Part shown: one piece after another, positions 9,977-17,637 of the stretch | How positions within the stretch are numbered: position 1 is the first letter of the stretch | Layout: each line of letters starts with the position of its first letter | Position numbers and translations under genes: made by a program | Virus record (IMG/VR): IMGVR_UViG_3300035670_007376 | Location: 1 to 18,904 of that record | DNA length: 18,904 bases | Direction: 5' to 3' (one strand) | DNA from: a virus | Taxonomy: Duplodnaviria; Heunggongvirae; Uroviricota; Caudoviricetes | Notes under the pieces: generated by a model | What the model was told of the DNA's origin: nothing | Databases searched by the model: none | Seen by the model: only the letters and a program-made list of their open reading frames with translations

Positions 9977-10596
9977 GGATAGTTGCCTTCGGTGATAGTT
10001 GGACCGCAGGACATGGTGTCGAAAAAAATATAAAATATAAAGAAGAACCATTTCCTGAAGAATTTATACAAAGACTAAGAGACCAAAATTCTTGGCCAAG
10101 ATGGGTTGCAACAAAATTCAACTGTGAATATATTAACATGGGAGTTTGTGGATATGGTAATGAATACATTCTTAAAGATGTTATTAATTCCGTAGAATCG
10201 GGATTCATTGAAAAGGATGATATTGTAATTGTTATGTTTTCATACCCATATCGTTATGCAACAAAAAACGTCTATACTGTAATTGAAATGTATGAACTAA
10301 TGGAAAAAACATTAGAAGGGATTACTCACTTTTATTTCAATTCTTTTTATCCAACATTTAAAGATGAGGAATTTAATACTAAAACTTTACCACCATATTT
10401 CATTAATCCGGACACAACACTTTCTAACCTTTTAAGGGAATGTGAAATAAAAAATAATATAAGTGTTTGGGAATATGGTAGTAGAAGTGTGTGGAATGAT
10501 GAAAAGAATTTTTATGAAGGGGACTACCACCCAAACTTACTCGGATACCGAATAATTGGAGACCACATATATAATCAAATTAAAGATATGTTATGA
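9973..10596 (+). CDS. SGNH/GDSL-like hydrolase or acyltransferase (paralog 4)
   Basis: IVAFGDSWTAG, SWP, NMGVCGYGN, VIVMFSYPYR, DYHPNLLGYRIIG. This is the most canonical GDS...DxHPNxxG pattern of the four. Confidence 0.8.
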   Translation: MRIVAFGDSWTAGHGVEKNIKYKEEPFPEEFIQRLRDQNSWPRWVATKFNCEYINMGVCGYGNEYILKDVINSVESGFIEKDDIVIVMFSYPYRYATKNVYTVIEMYELMEKTLEGITHFYFNSFYPTFKDEEFNTKTLPPYFINPDTTLSNLLRECEIKNNISVWEYGSRSVWNDEKNFYEGDYHPNLLGYRIIGDHIYNQIKDML

Positions 10597-11324
10597 CCGA
10601 ACATGATTATCTAATTTCCAATTACATTGAAAGGTTTTTATTGAAAATAAACGATTATGAGTTTAAATTACCAGTAGAAACTAAACATTATGCGGTAATC
10701 GTTGAACCTAGAATAGATGGAAACTTTTATAACAGGATTTTAAATCATCTTTATTTTTTAAACAATAGTACTTCGGATATAAAGTGGGGATTACAGATTT
10801 TACATGGTAAAAACAATGAGGAATATGTAAAATACATAACTAAAGATATTGAAAATGTTCTCTACACAAAAATCGACATAGAAAACTTCACAAAAATAGA
10901 ATATAACAATTTTGTTAAAGATGTAAAATTTTGGGAATCAGTTGTCGGTGAAAAAATATTAATGTTTCAAACCGATAGTTTACTACTCAGAAATGGAATT
11001 GATGATTTTTTATCATATGATTATGTTGGAGCACCATGGACTAAACCTAAAGAAAATTCATTCATTGGAAACGGAGGTTTATCCTTAAGAACTAAGGAGG
11101 TGATGTTAGAAATATCAAAAAATCATACCGACAACCAACCAGATTGGGAAGATATTTTCTTTGTTAAACATCTTAAAAAATACAACACACCTAATATTGA
11201 AACCGCAATGAGATTTAGTGTTGAGGACGTGTTTTACCCCACCCCTATAGGTTTACATAACCCAATTAAATTAACCACACAACAACTAAGTTACATACTT
11301 GAAAAATCCTTAGAGAATCTTTGA
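10593..11324 (+). CDS. DUF5672-like protein (putative glycosyltransferase)
   Basis: AVIVEPR, FW....GEKILMFQTDSLL, DDFLSYDYVGAPW, GNGGLSLR, EDIFF and FSVE are motifs I recognise from DUF5672. The GT role is inferred. Confidence 0.7.
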   Translation: MTEHDYLISNYIERFLLKINDYEFKLPVETKHYAVIVEPRIDGNFYNRILNHLYFLNNSTSDIKWGLQILHGKNNEEYVKYITKDIENVLYTKIDIENFTKIEYNNFVKDVKFWESVVGEKILMFQTDSLLLRNGIDDFLSYDYVGAPWTKPKENSFIGNGGLSLRTKEVMLEISKNHTDNQPDWEDIFFVKHLKKYNTPNIETAMRFSVEDVFYPTPIGLHNPIKLTTQQLSYILEKSLENL

Positions 11325-11340
11325 TTTCTCCGTTTTTTTT
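11313..11340 (+). terminator. Possible weak intrinsic terminator
   Basis: GAGAATC-TTT-GATT(T)CTC forms a 7-bp stem with a 1-nt bulge and 3-nt loop (11313-11330). It is followed by CG and T8 (11333-11340) and spans the stop codon of 10593-11324. The stem is AT-rich and weak. Confidence 0.3.
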
Positions 11341-11350
11341 GTTATATTAT
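11321..11350 (+). promoter_or_regulatory. Putative sigma70-type promoter for the downstream sugar-synthesis genes
   Basis: -35-like TTGATT at 11321-11326. The -10 is either TGn-TATATT (11340-11348, 16-nt spacer) or TATTAT (11345-11350, 18-nt spacer). The ATG is at 11356. Confidence 0.4.
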
Positions 11351-11355
11351 GGTCT

Positions 11356-12543
11356 ATGGGTACTACATATAAATGGCCATTAATCAATGACAACATAACA
11401 CCATCGGATAGACAGGTGTTATCTGATTTTATATTATCAAATCAACGATTAACAAATGGTGAAAGAGTTAAAGAATTTGAACAAATTTGGTCTAAATGGT
11501 TAGGTGTTAAACACAGTACCATGGTGAATTCAGGTAGTTCAGGGAATTTTATTTCCATGGCTATGGTGAAAGAATTAAGAGGTGTTGGAGAGATTATTGT
11601 TCCACCATTAGGTTGGGTTTCCGATGTATCATCGGCACTTCAATTAGGAATGACAGTTAGATTTGTGGACATTTCCATGACTAATCTATCAATTACGGCA
11701 GAAAATATTAAAAAAGCAATTACACCTGAAACTAAAGCAATTGTATTAGTACATTGTTTAGGTTTCAATGCAATTAATGAAGAAATAATTAAAATTGCTA
11801 AGGAAAATAATCTTCTTTTAATTGAAGATTGTTGTGAGGCACATGGTGCAACATTCAACGGTCAAAAAGTTGGTTCTTTTGGTGACATTTCAATATTCTC
11901 CTTTTATTTTGGACATCACATCACAACAATCGAAGGTGGTATGGTATGTGTAAACGACGATAAACTAAACGACTTAGCTCGTTTGTTCCGTTCACATGGA
12001 ATGACAAGAGAAGCGTCAAAAGAACTACAAGAAAAATACCAAAAAAATTACCCAACATTAAACCCGTTGTTTACATTTTCTGTACCAGGTTTTAATATGA
12101 GAAGTACAGAATTAAATGCTGTTTTGGGTATTGAACAAATGAAACGTATTAATTCTAATATTGAAAAACGTATCCATAATTTAAAAGTTTGGTTAGATAA
12201 TTTAGACAGTAATAAATTTTACACTGAGTTTGACGTTGAGGGTAATAGTAGTTTTGCTTTACCGTTAATAATGAAACCAAATTATTCTGATAGACTTCAC
12301 ATTAACGATGATTATTCAAGTGTTTGTGATATTCTTGATTTGAGTGGTGTCGAATATAGATTGGGGACCGCAGGTGGCGGTGACCAAACATCACAACCAT
12401 ACATGGAAAAGTTCACTTATTATATCCAAGGTGATATTGACAATATTGAATATATTCACCATAATTCATTATATGTCGGTAACCACACGGATTTAACTGA
12501 CGAACAAATAATTGAACTTTGTAAAAGATTGAATGATGTTTAA
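11356..12543 (+). CDS. DegT/DnrJ/EryC1/StrS-fold PLP enzyme of the ColD/RfbH (NDP-4-keto-6-deoxysugar 3-dehydratase) type
   Basis: MVNSGSSGN, IEDCCEAHGA, GFNMR. In SFYFGHHITTIEGG (11899-11940), His replaces the Schiff-base Lys of true aminotransferases, which is the hallmark of ColD/RfbH dehydratases. Confidence 0.85.
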   Translation: MGTTYKWPLINDNITPSDRQVLSDFILSNQRLTNGERVKEFEQIWSKWLGVKHSTMVNSGSSGNFISMAMVKELRGVGEIIVPPLGWVSDVSSALQLGMTVRFVDISMTNLSITAENIKKAITPETKAIVLVHCLGFNAINEEIIKIAKENNLLLIEDCCEAHGATFNGQKVGSFGDISIFSFYFGHHITTIEGGMVCVNDDKLNDLARLFRSHGMTREASKELQEKYQKNYPTLNPLFTFSVPGFNMRSTELNAVLGIEQMKRINSNIEKRIHNLKVWLDNLDSNKFYTEFDVEGNSSFALPLIMKPNYSDRLHINDDYSSVCDILDLSGVEYRLGTAGGGDQTSQPYMEKFTYYIQGDIDNIEYIHHNSLYVGNHTDLTDEQIIELCKRLNDV

Positions 12544-13510
12544 TAATAAAAAAGTTTTAATAACAGGTGGTGCGGGAATGATAGGGAGAGCGTTAATCAA
12601 TCTCCTTTTGGAACGAGGTGCACTAATCACAATTGCGGATTTAACGAAACCAACTGATTTATTTGAAGGTGTGGAACACGTTCAAGTTGATTTACGTTTT
12701 TTCGATAATTGTTTAGACATATGTAAAGGTAAAGATTACGTATTCCATTTAGCTGGAGTCAAAGGTTCCCCAAAAATGTGTATGGAACAACCCGTAGATT
12801 TCATGGTTCCAATGTTACAGTTCAATACGAATATGATGCAAGCCGCATTTGAATCTAATGTTGAGTGGTATCTTTATACAAGTTCTGTTGGTGTTTATTC
12901 ACCCGCAAATATTTTTTATGAGGACACTGTTTGGAATACGTTCCCATCCCCAAATGACAAATATGCCGGTTGGGCTAAACGTATAGGTGAGTTACAAGCA
13001 GAAACATATAATAAACAATACGGATGGGATAGAATCTCGATAGTGAGACCTGCAAATGTTTACGGGCCTTATGATAACTTCAATCCCGAAAATGCGATGG
13101 TTGTCCCTTCATTAATAAGGAAAGCTAATGAGAATAATGTATTAGAGGTGATGGGAGATGGGAGTTCAATTAGAGATTTCATATTTGCTGATGACGTTGC
13201 TCGTGGTATGGTCACTGCGGTTGAAAAGAAAATAACAGAACCAATTAATTTAGGTTCTGGTGTTGGAAGGTCAATACGTGAATTAGTACAATTGGTAACT
13301 AACAATTCGAATCGAGAAAATTTAGTTAGTTGGTCTAATTTAACGGGAGTTAAAGGTGATGATATTAGATTGTTTGACACATCACGTGCGGAATCGTATG
13401 GTATTAAACCAATGATATCGTTAGAAGACGGAATTAGAATTACAACAGAATGGTATTTGAATAATAAAGAAATTTTAGATAAACGTTATAATCCGTTTGT
13501 CAATCATTAA
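12533..13510 (+). CDS. NAD-dependent NDP-sugar epimerase/reductase (Fcl/GME-like extended SDR), Tyr-less variant
   Basis: VLITGGAGMIG, VFHLAG, YTSSVGVY, VRPANVYGPYDNF, IRDFIFADDVARG, NLGSG. The active-site segment reads YAGWAKR. The start could be 12533 or 12536. Confidence 0.85.
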   Translation: MMFNNKKVLITGGAGMIGRALINLLLERGALITIADLTKPTDLFEGVEHVQVDLRFFDNCLDICKGKDYVFHLAGVKGSPKMCMEQPVDFMVPMLQFNTNMMQAAFESNVEWYLYTSSVGVYSPANIFYEDTVWNTFPSPNDKYAGWAKRIGELQAETYNKQYGWDRISIVRPANVYGPYDNFNPENAMVVPSLIRKANENNVLEVMGDGSSIRDFIFADDVARGMVTAVEKKITEPINLGSGVGRSIRELVQLVTNNSNRENLVSWSNLTGVKGDDIRLFDTSRAESYGIKPMISLEDGIRITTEWYLNNKEILDKRYNPFVNH

Positions 13511-13511
13511 T

Positions 13512-14471
13512 ATGGATAATTTTTTAAAAGATAAGAAAGTAGTCGTTACAGGAGGCTCTGGTTTTATTGGTACCCATTTTTTAAAGGAACTAGTGAACAG
13601 AGGTGCTAAAGTGAGAACCTCAACAAACAAAGCACAGTTACAATTTAAAAGTGATGAACTAATAGTTTATAGAGATTTAAATTTATTGTCATTAGATGAT
13701 TGTCTTAAGCTCACTGAAGATGCTGATTATGTTATTCATTGTGCTGGTGAAGTTGCACACCCATCGTCAGTACCAACGGATGTCCAAATATCTTTAAAAC
13801 AATTAAACTTAATTGGGAATGTGTTAGAAGCTTGTGCAAAGAATGGTGTTAAACGATTTTTAGATTTGAACAGTTCAACAGGATACCCTGACATTAGACG
13901 ACCATTAACTGAAGATGAATATTGGGTGGGTGAACCATATAAATCCTATTATGGATATGGTTGGATGAGGAGATATAGAGAGAAACTAATGGAACATGTA
14001 TCTAAATTCTCAGGATTAGAAATTGCACTTGCAAGATGTACTGCAATATTTGGTCCACATGATAATTTCAACCCTGAAACTTGTCACGTAGTTCCTGCAT
14101 TAATCAAACGAGTACTTGATGATGAAAATCCATTTACAGCTTGGGGTTCACCTGACGTTGTGAGAGATTTTTTATATGTTAAGGATGTTGTTGATGGTGC
14201 ATTATTGATATTAGAAAAGGGTGAATCTATGAGACCATATAATTTAGGTTATGGTGGTGGTATCAGCATTGGTGAAATTTTGGATACGATATTAAAAGTG
14301 ACAGATAAAAATCCTGAAATTGTTTGGGATAATACTAAACCAACAACAATACCATATCGTGCGGTTAGTACCGACAGAATTCAAAATGAGTTGGGGTTTA
14401 AACCAAAATTCACTTTTGAAGAGGGGATGAAAGAAACAATTAAATGGTATAGAGAAAATGGCACTATATAG
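13512..14471 (+). CDS. NAD-dependent NDP-sugar epimerase/reductase (GDP-L-fucose synthase/C4-reductase-like extended SDR)
   Basis: VVVTGGSGFIG, VIHCAG, NSSTGYP, YGWMRR, IFGPHDNF...HVVPALI, WGSPDVVRDFLYVKD. Start moved from the TTG at 13497 to the ATG at 13512, one base after the upstream stop. Confidence 0.85.
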   Translation: MDNFLKDKKVVVTGGSGFIGTHFLKELVNRGAKVRTSTNKAQLQFKSDELIVYRDLNLLSLDDCLKLTEDADYVIHCAGEVAHPSSVPTDVQISLKQLNLIGNVLEACAKNGVKRFLDLNSSTGYPDIRRPLTEDEYWVGEPYKSYYGYGWMRRYREKLMEHVSKFSGLEIALARCTAIFGPHDNFNPETCHVVPALIKRVLDDENPFTAWGSPDVVRDFLYVKDVVDGALLILEKGESMRPYNLGYGGGISIGEILDTILKVTDKNPEIVWDNTKPTTIPYRAVSTDRIQNELGFKPKFTFEEGMKETIKWYRENGTI

Positions 14472-15600
14472 ATACGAAAAAAATGTCTTAATAGTGTTAC
14501 CGTCACCAGGTCAAGATACGATTAATGATATAACGGATTTAATTCAAACAATAAAACCTAAAAATCACGTGTTGATTTGGCAACCGTGGGAGGAAAGTGA
14601 CATTAGATTTAGTGAATACTTATCACAAAATTATAAAGACGAGCCATTACATTCAGAAAACACTTTAAGATTTCAAGACACACTTTTAAAAAACAATGTA
14701 AAATGTTATTTACTTGTGGGTTCGGACTTTACTCAAGAATCATATGGTAATTTGGTAACAAATCCGATTGAAAATTTTGAAGTTCTATTTTGGCCGACAT
14801 CACTACTACATTACACATATTATGGGTTTGAAAAATCTTATGGTGACCCATTAAAAATATATAACCAACATAAAAATATTGATACTCTCTATTTAAATCT
14901 AAATGGTAAAGATAGAAATCACAGATGTATGATGATGGATTATCTTTGTAGATTTGACTTGTTGAAAGACGGAATAAATACGTGGAAAAAAGACGACACA
15001 CCTTGGAATTTTAAATGTTGGGAACCAAAAAAACTGTCAATTGATGAGTACCACCAAAACAAGTATATACACCAAACAAACACAAAAGGTTTATTAAGTA
15101 TTAATAATTTAGTGGATGTGATTACCGAAACGATGCCAATAATGCATCAATCAGAAAAAGAATTTCTCTTCTACACTGAAAAAACATATAGGAGTATATT
15201 GTTTGGAAAACCGTTTTTAATTTTAGGAAGTAAAAAGCAAAATTTAAAACTAAAAGAATATGGTTTTAAAATCTTTGACACAATATTTGATTATGACTTT
15301 GACTCTGAAATATCAGTAAAACACAGATGTTTAGGTATCATTGAAAATTTATATATGATAAAAAATAAAAATTTTAACGAAATAAGGGACTGTGTTAATG
15401 AGGATGTTTTATCAAATATTGATACTGCGAAGAAAATTGTGTATAATGATGAAAAGATACCAAACAAATTAATTGATTTGATTAGAGAAAATCCTGAAGA
15501 TTTTAATGAGTTTTTTAAAACATTTAATGTAAATTATGTTGGTATTTTTGATTTGAATAATGATTTTGAACTAACAAAACAAATTTTTAAAAATATATAA
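14458..15600 (+). CDS. EK-motif putative glycosyltransferase (GT10/GT-B-like), paralog 5
   Basis: NLNGKDRNHR, VDVITET, FYTEKTYRSILFGKPFLILG, YGFKIFDTIFDYDFD. Confidence 0.55.
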   Translation: MALYRYEKNVLIVLPSPGQDTINDITDLIQTIKPKNHVLIWQPWEESDIRFSEYLSQNYKDEPLHSENTLRFQDTLLKNNVKCYLLVGSDFTQESYGNLVTNPIENFEVLFWPTSLLHYTYYGFEKSYGDPLKIYNQHKNIDTLYLNLNGKDRNHRCMMMDYLCRFDLLKDGINTWKKDDTPWNFKCWEPKKLSIDEYHQNKYIHQTNTKGLLSINNLVDVITETMPIMHQSEKEFLFYTEKTYRSILFGKPFLILGSKKQNLKLKEYGFKIFDTIFDYDFDSEISVKHRCLGIIENLYMIKNKNFNEIRDCVNEDVLSNIDTAKKIVYNDEKIPNKLIDLIRENPEDFNEFFKTFNVNYVGIFDLNNDFELTKQIFKNI

Positions 15601-16608
15601 ATGAACATATTAATAACTGGTGTATTAGGAATGGTTGGTTCACATATGTTGGATTTTCTTTTGGAAAAACCAAATGTGAAAATTTACGGATTTTGTAGAT
15701 GGAACGAGTCAATGGACAACATTGAACATTTAACTGGTATAATCAATAAAAAAGAAAAAATCGAACTAATTTATGGTGATTTAAATGACTATGCATCATT
15801 ACAAAGTGCAATAGAAAAATCAAAACCAGATTTTGTTTTTCATTTAGGTGCGCAATCATACCCCCAAACAAGTTTCGATTCACCAATTGAGACGTTACAA
15901 ACGAATATTATTGGTACAACAAACTTATTAGAAGCAATTAGAAAATCAGAATACAAAGACGCTCTGATTCATGTATGTGCTTCTAGTGAGATTTTCGGAA
16001 GAGTTCCCGAAGATAAATTACCAATAGATGAGGAGTGTAGTATACATCCGGCATCACCATATGCGATATCTAAAGTTGGTACAGATTTAATTGGTAGATA
16101 TTATGCTGAAGCATATGGAATGAAGATTATGACGACAAGAATGTTTACACATACTGGTCCAAGAAGAGGAGATGTCTTCCATGAATCAACATTTGCTAAA
16201 CAAATTGCAATGATTGAATCAGGTCTACAAGAACCAAAAATATTGGTGGGTAATTTAAACTCATTAAGAACATATGCGGATGTAAGAGATGCTGTCAGGG
16301 CTTATTGGTTACTACTAACTGTAAACCCAATACCGGGTGAATATTATAATATCGGTGGAAACTTTACGTGTAGTGTGGGAGGTACTTTAGAATATCTTTT
16401 ATCTAAATCTACAACTCCAAATATTGAAATTGTGTTAGATATGGATAGATTCAGACCAATTGATGCAAACCTTCAAATACCTAATACAACAAAGTTTAAA
16501 AATCATACGGGTTGGGAGCCTGAAATTCCTTATAATAAAACAATGGACGACCTATTGGATTATTGGAGAAAAAGAATAAATAATGGTCGTAAATTCCTAA
16601 ACAGATAA
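15601..16608 (+). CDS. GDP-sugar 4,6-dehydratase (Gmd family; resembles GDP-manno-heptose dehydratase DmhA/DdahA)
   Basis: ILITGVLGMVG, HLGAQSYPQTSF, ASSEIFG, PASPYAISK (YxxxK), RMFTHTGPRR, VGNLNSLRTYADVRD, RPID. The segments RWNESMDNIEHL, PIETLQTNIIGT and C-terminal GRKFLNR match my recollection of Campylobacter/Yersinia DmhA better than E. coli Gmd. Confidence 0.85.
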   Translation: MNILITGVLGMVGSHMLDFLLEKPNVKIYGFCRWNESMDNIEHLTGIINKKEKIELIYGDLNDYASLQSAIEKSKPDFVFHLGAQSYPQTSFDSPIETLQTNIIGTTNLLEAIRKSEYKDALIHVCASSEIFGRVPEDKLPIDEECSIHPASPYAISKVGTDLIGRYYAEAYGMKIMTTRMFTHTGPRRGDVFHESTFAKQIAMIESGLQEPKILVGNLNSLRTYADVRDAVRAYWLLLTVNPIPGEYYNIGGNFTCSVGGTLEYLLSKSTTPNIEIVLDMDRFRPIDANLQIPNTTKFKNHTGWEPEIPYNKTMDDLLDYWRKRINNGRKFLNR

Positions 16609-16609
16609 A

Positions 16610-17017
16610 ATGGAAAAAAGAAAGTATCTACCAACATTTGCAGAACTAATCGACAGATTGAGTATCTCACAATTAAAAGAGGTTTTTATACCTGAACATA
16701 AAGAAGAATATGGTCAAGAAATTAGAGACATTGAACATGACATTGATTTAATCCTCAAAGAAAATGATGGATTGGTTGACGCAAAAACAATAAGAGCGAT
16801 TGTCGTTTTAGCTCAAACTAACTTACATATTTGGCATAATGAATCAAATTACCGTAAAGGTATTAAAGAGGGTAATAATTTAGAATTAACCCACGGATTA
16901 AACGGAATTAGAAATACCGCAAAAAACAAAATACAAGAAATTGTTGGTGGTAGAAAAGATTATAAAACCGATTGTTTAGCTGCGGAGTTTAAAGATTGGG
17001 GAATTAGTTGGGATTAA
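16610..17017 (+). CDS. Hypothetical alpha-helical protein (DUF6165/DUF4254-like)
   Basis: 135-aa ORF abutting its neighbours. [11 protein letters not shown] and N..IWH.E..YR resemble my recollection of the DUF6165/DUF4254 patterns (GELIDK.TI; N..(L/I)W..ED..R). The CDS is well supported; the family call is weak. Confidence 0.45.
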   Translation: MEKRKYLPTFAELIDRLSISQLKEVFIPEHKEEYGQEIRDIEHDIDLILKENDGLVDAKTIRAIVVLAQTNLHIWHNESNYRKGIKEGNNLELTHGLNGIRNTAKNKIQEIVGGRKDYKTDCLAAEFKDWGISWD

Positions 17018-17027
17018 ATTAAAAATT

Positions 17028-17636
17028 ATGGACGAAATAAAAATAGAATTATTGGAAAATGGTTACTCTATAATTGATGATTTTTTACCTGTTGAGTATG
17101 CGAATAAATTGAATGATTTATTTGTTGGTACTAATGAATGGGAAAAAAATGTACAAGAAAGAGAGAATCATTATTCACATGTTTTTAAAACTGAGTCACC
17201 AAATCTACCAAAAGAAAATGAAGTTTATACCTCTAGTTTTAGTAGGTCGAAATCATTAGAAAGTAATGATGATGTAGTAAAAATATTTAATGAATATTTC
17301 GTCGATTTACTAAATAAAACTTCACCATTTCCTTTAACCGATTTTGATGTAAGATGTTATAAATTAGATGTTGGAGACCATTATAGAACTCATATGGATG
17401 ATTACGCAGGTAAAATAAACGCAATTTACTATGTGAATAAAGAATGGGTTTGGGATTGGGGTGGAATGTTAAATATTTGTTCAGATATTGACCATGAATT
17501 TAACAAACAAATATTCCCAAAGTTTAATCGAGTGGTCTTATTAAATAACCAAGTTTTTAGACAACCTCATTTTGTGAGTACGGTCCAAAATTATGTGAAA
17601 AACCCAAGATTTAGTATAGTTTCATTTAATAAATAA
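17028..17636 (+). CDS. 2OG-Fe(II) oxygenase (prolyl-4-hydroxylase-like)
   Basis: YRTHMDD (HxD), [17 protein letters not shown] (distal His), PRFSIVSF (2OG-binding Arg). Confidence 0.9.
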   Translation: MDEIKIELLENGYSIIDDFLPVEYANKLNDLFVGTNEWEKNVQERENHYSHVFKTESPNLPKENEVYTSSFSRSKSLESNDDVVKIFNEYFVDLLNKTSPFPLTDFDVRCYKLDVGDHYRTHMDDYAGKINAIYYVNKEWVWDWGGMLNICSDIDHEFNKQIFPKFNRVVLLNNQVFRQPHFVSTVQNYVKNPRFSIVSFNK

Positions 17637-17637
17637 T

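Noticed and set aside
11356-12543. Ordinary DegT-type sugar aminotransferase
   Set aside because: The Schiff-base Lys position holds His (GHHITT), which points to a ColD/RfbH dehydratase.
13497-13511. TTG start at 13497
   Set aside because: ATG 13512 lies one base after the upstream stop and gives a typical SDR N-terminus.
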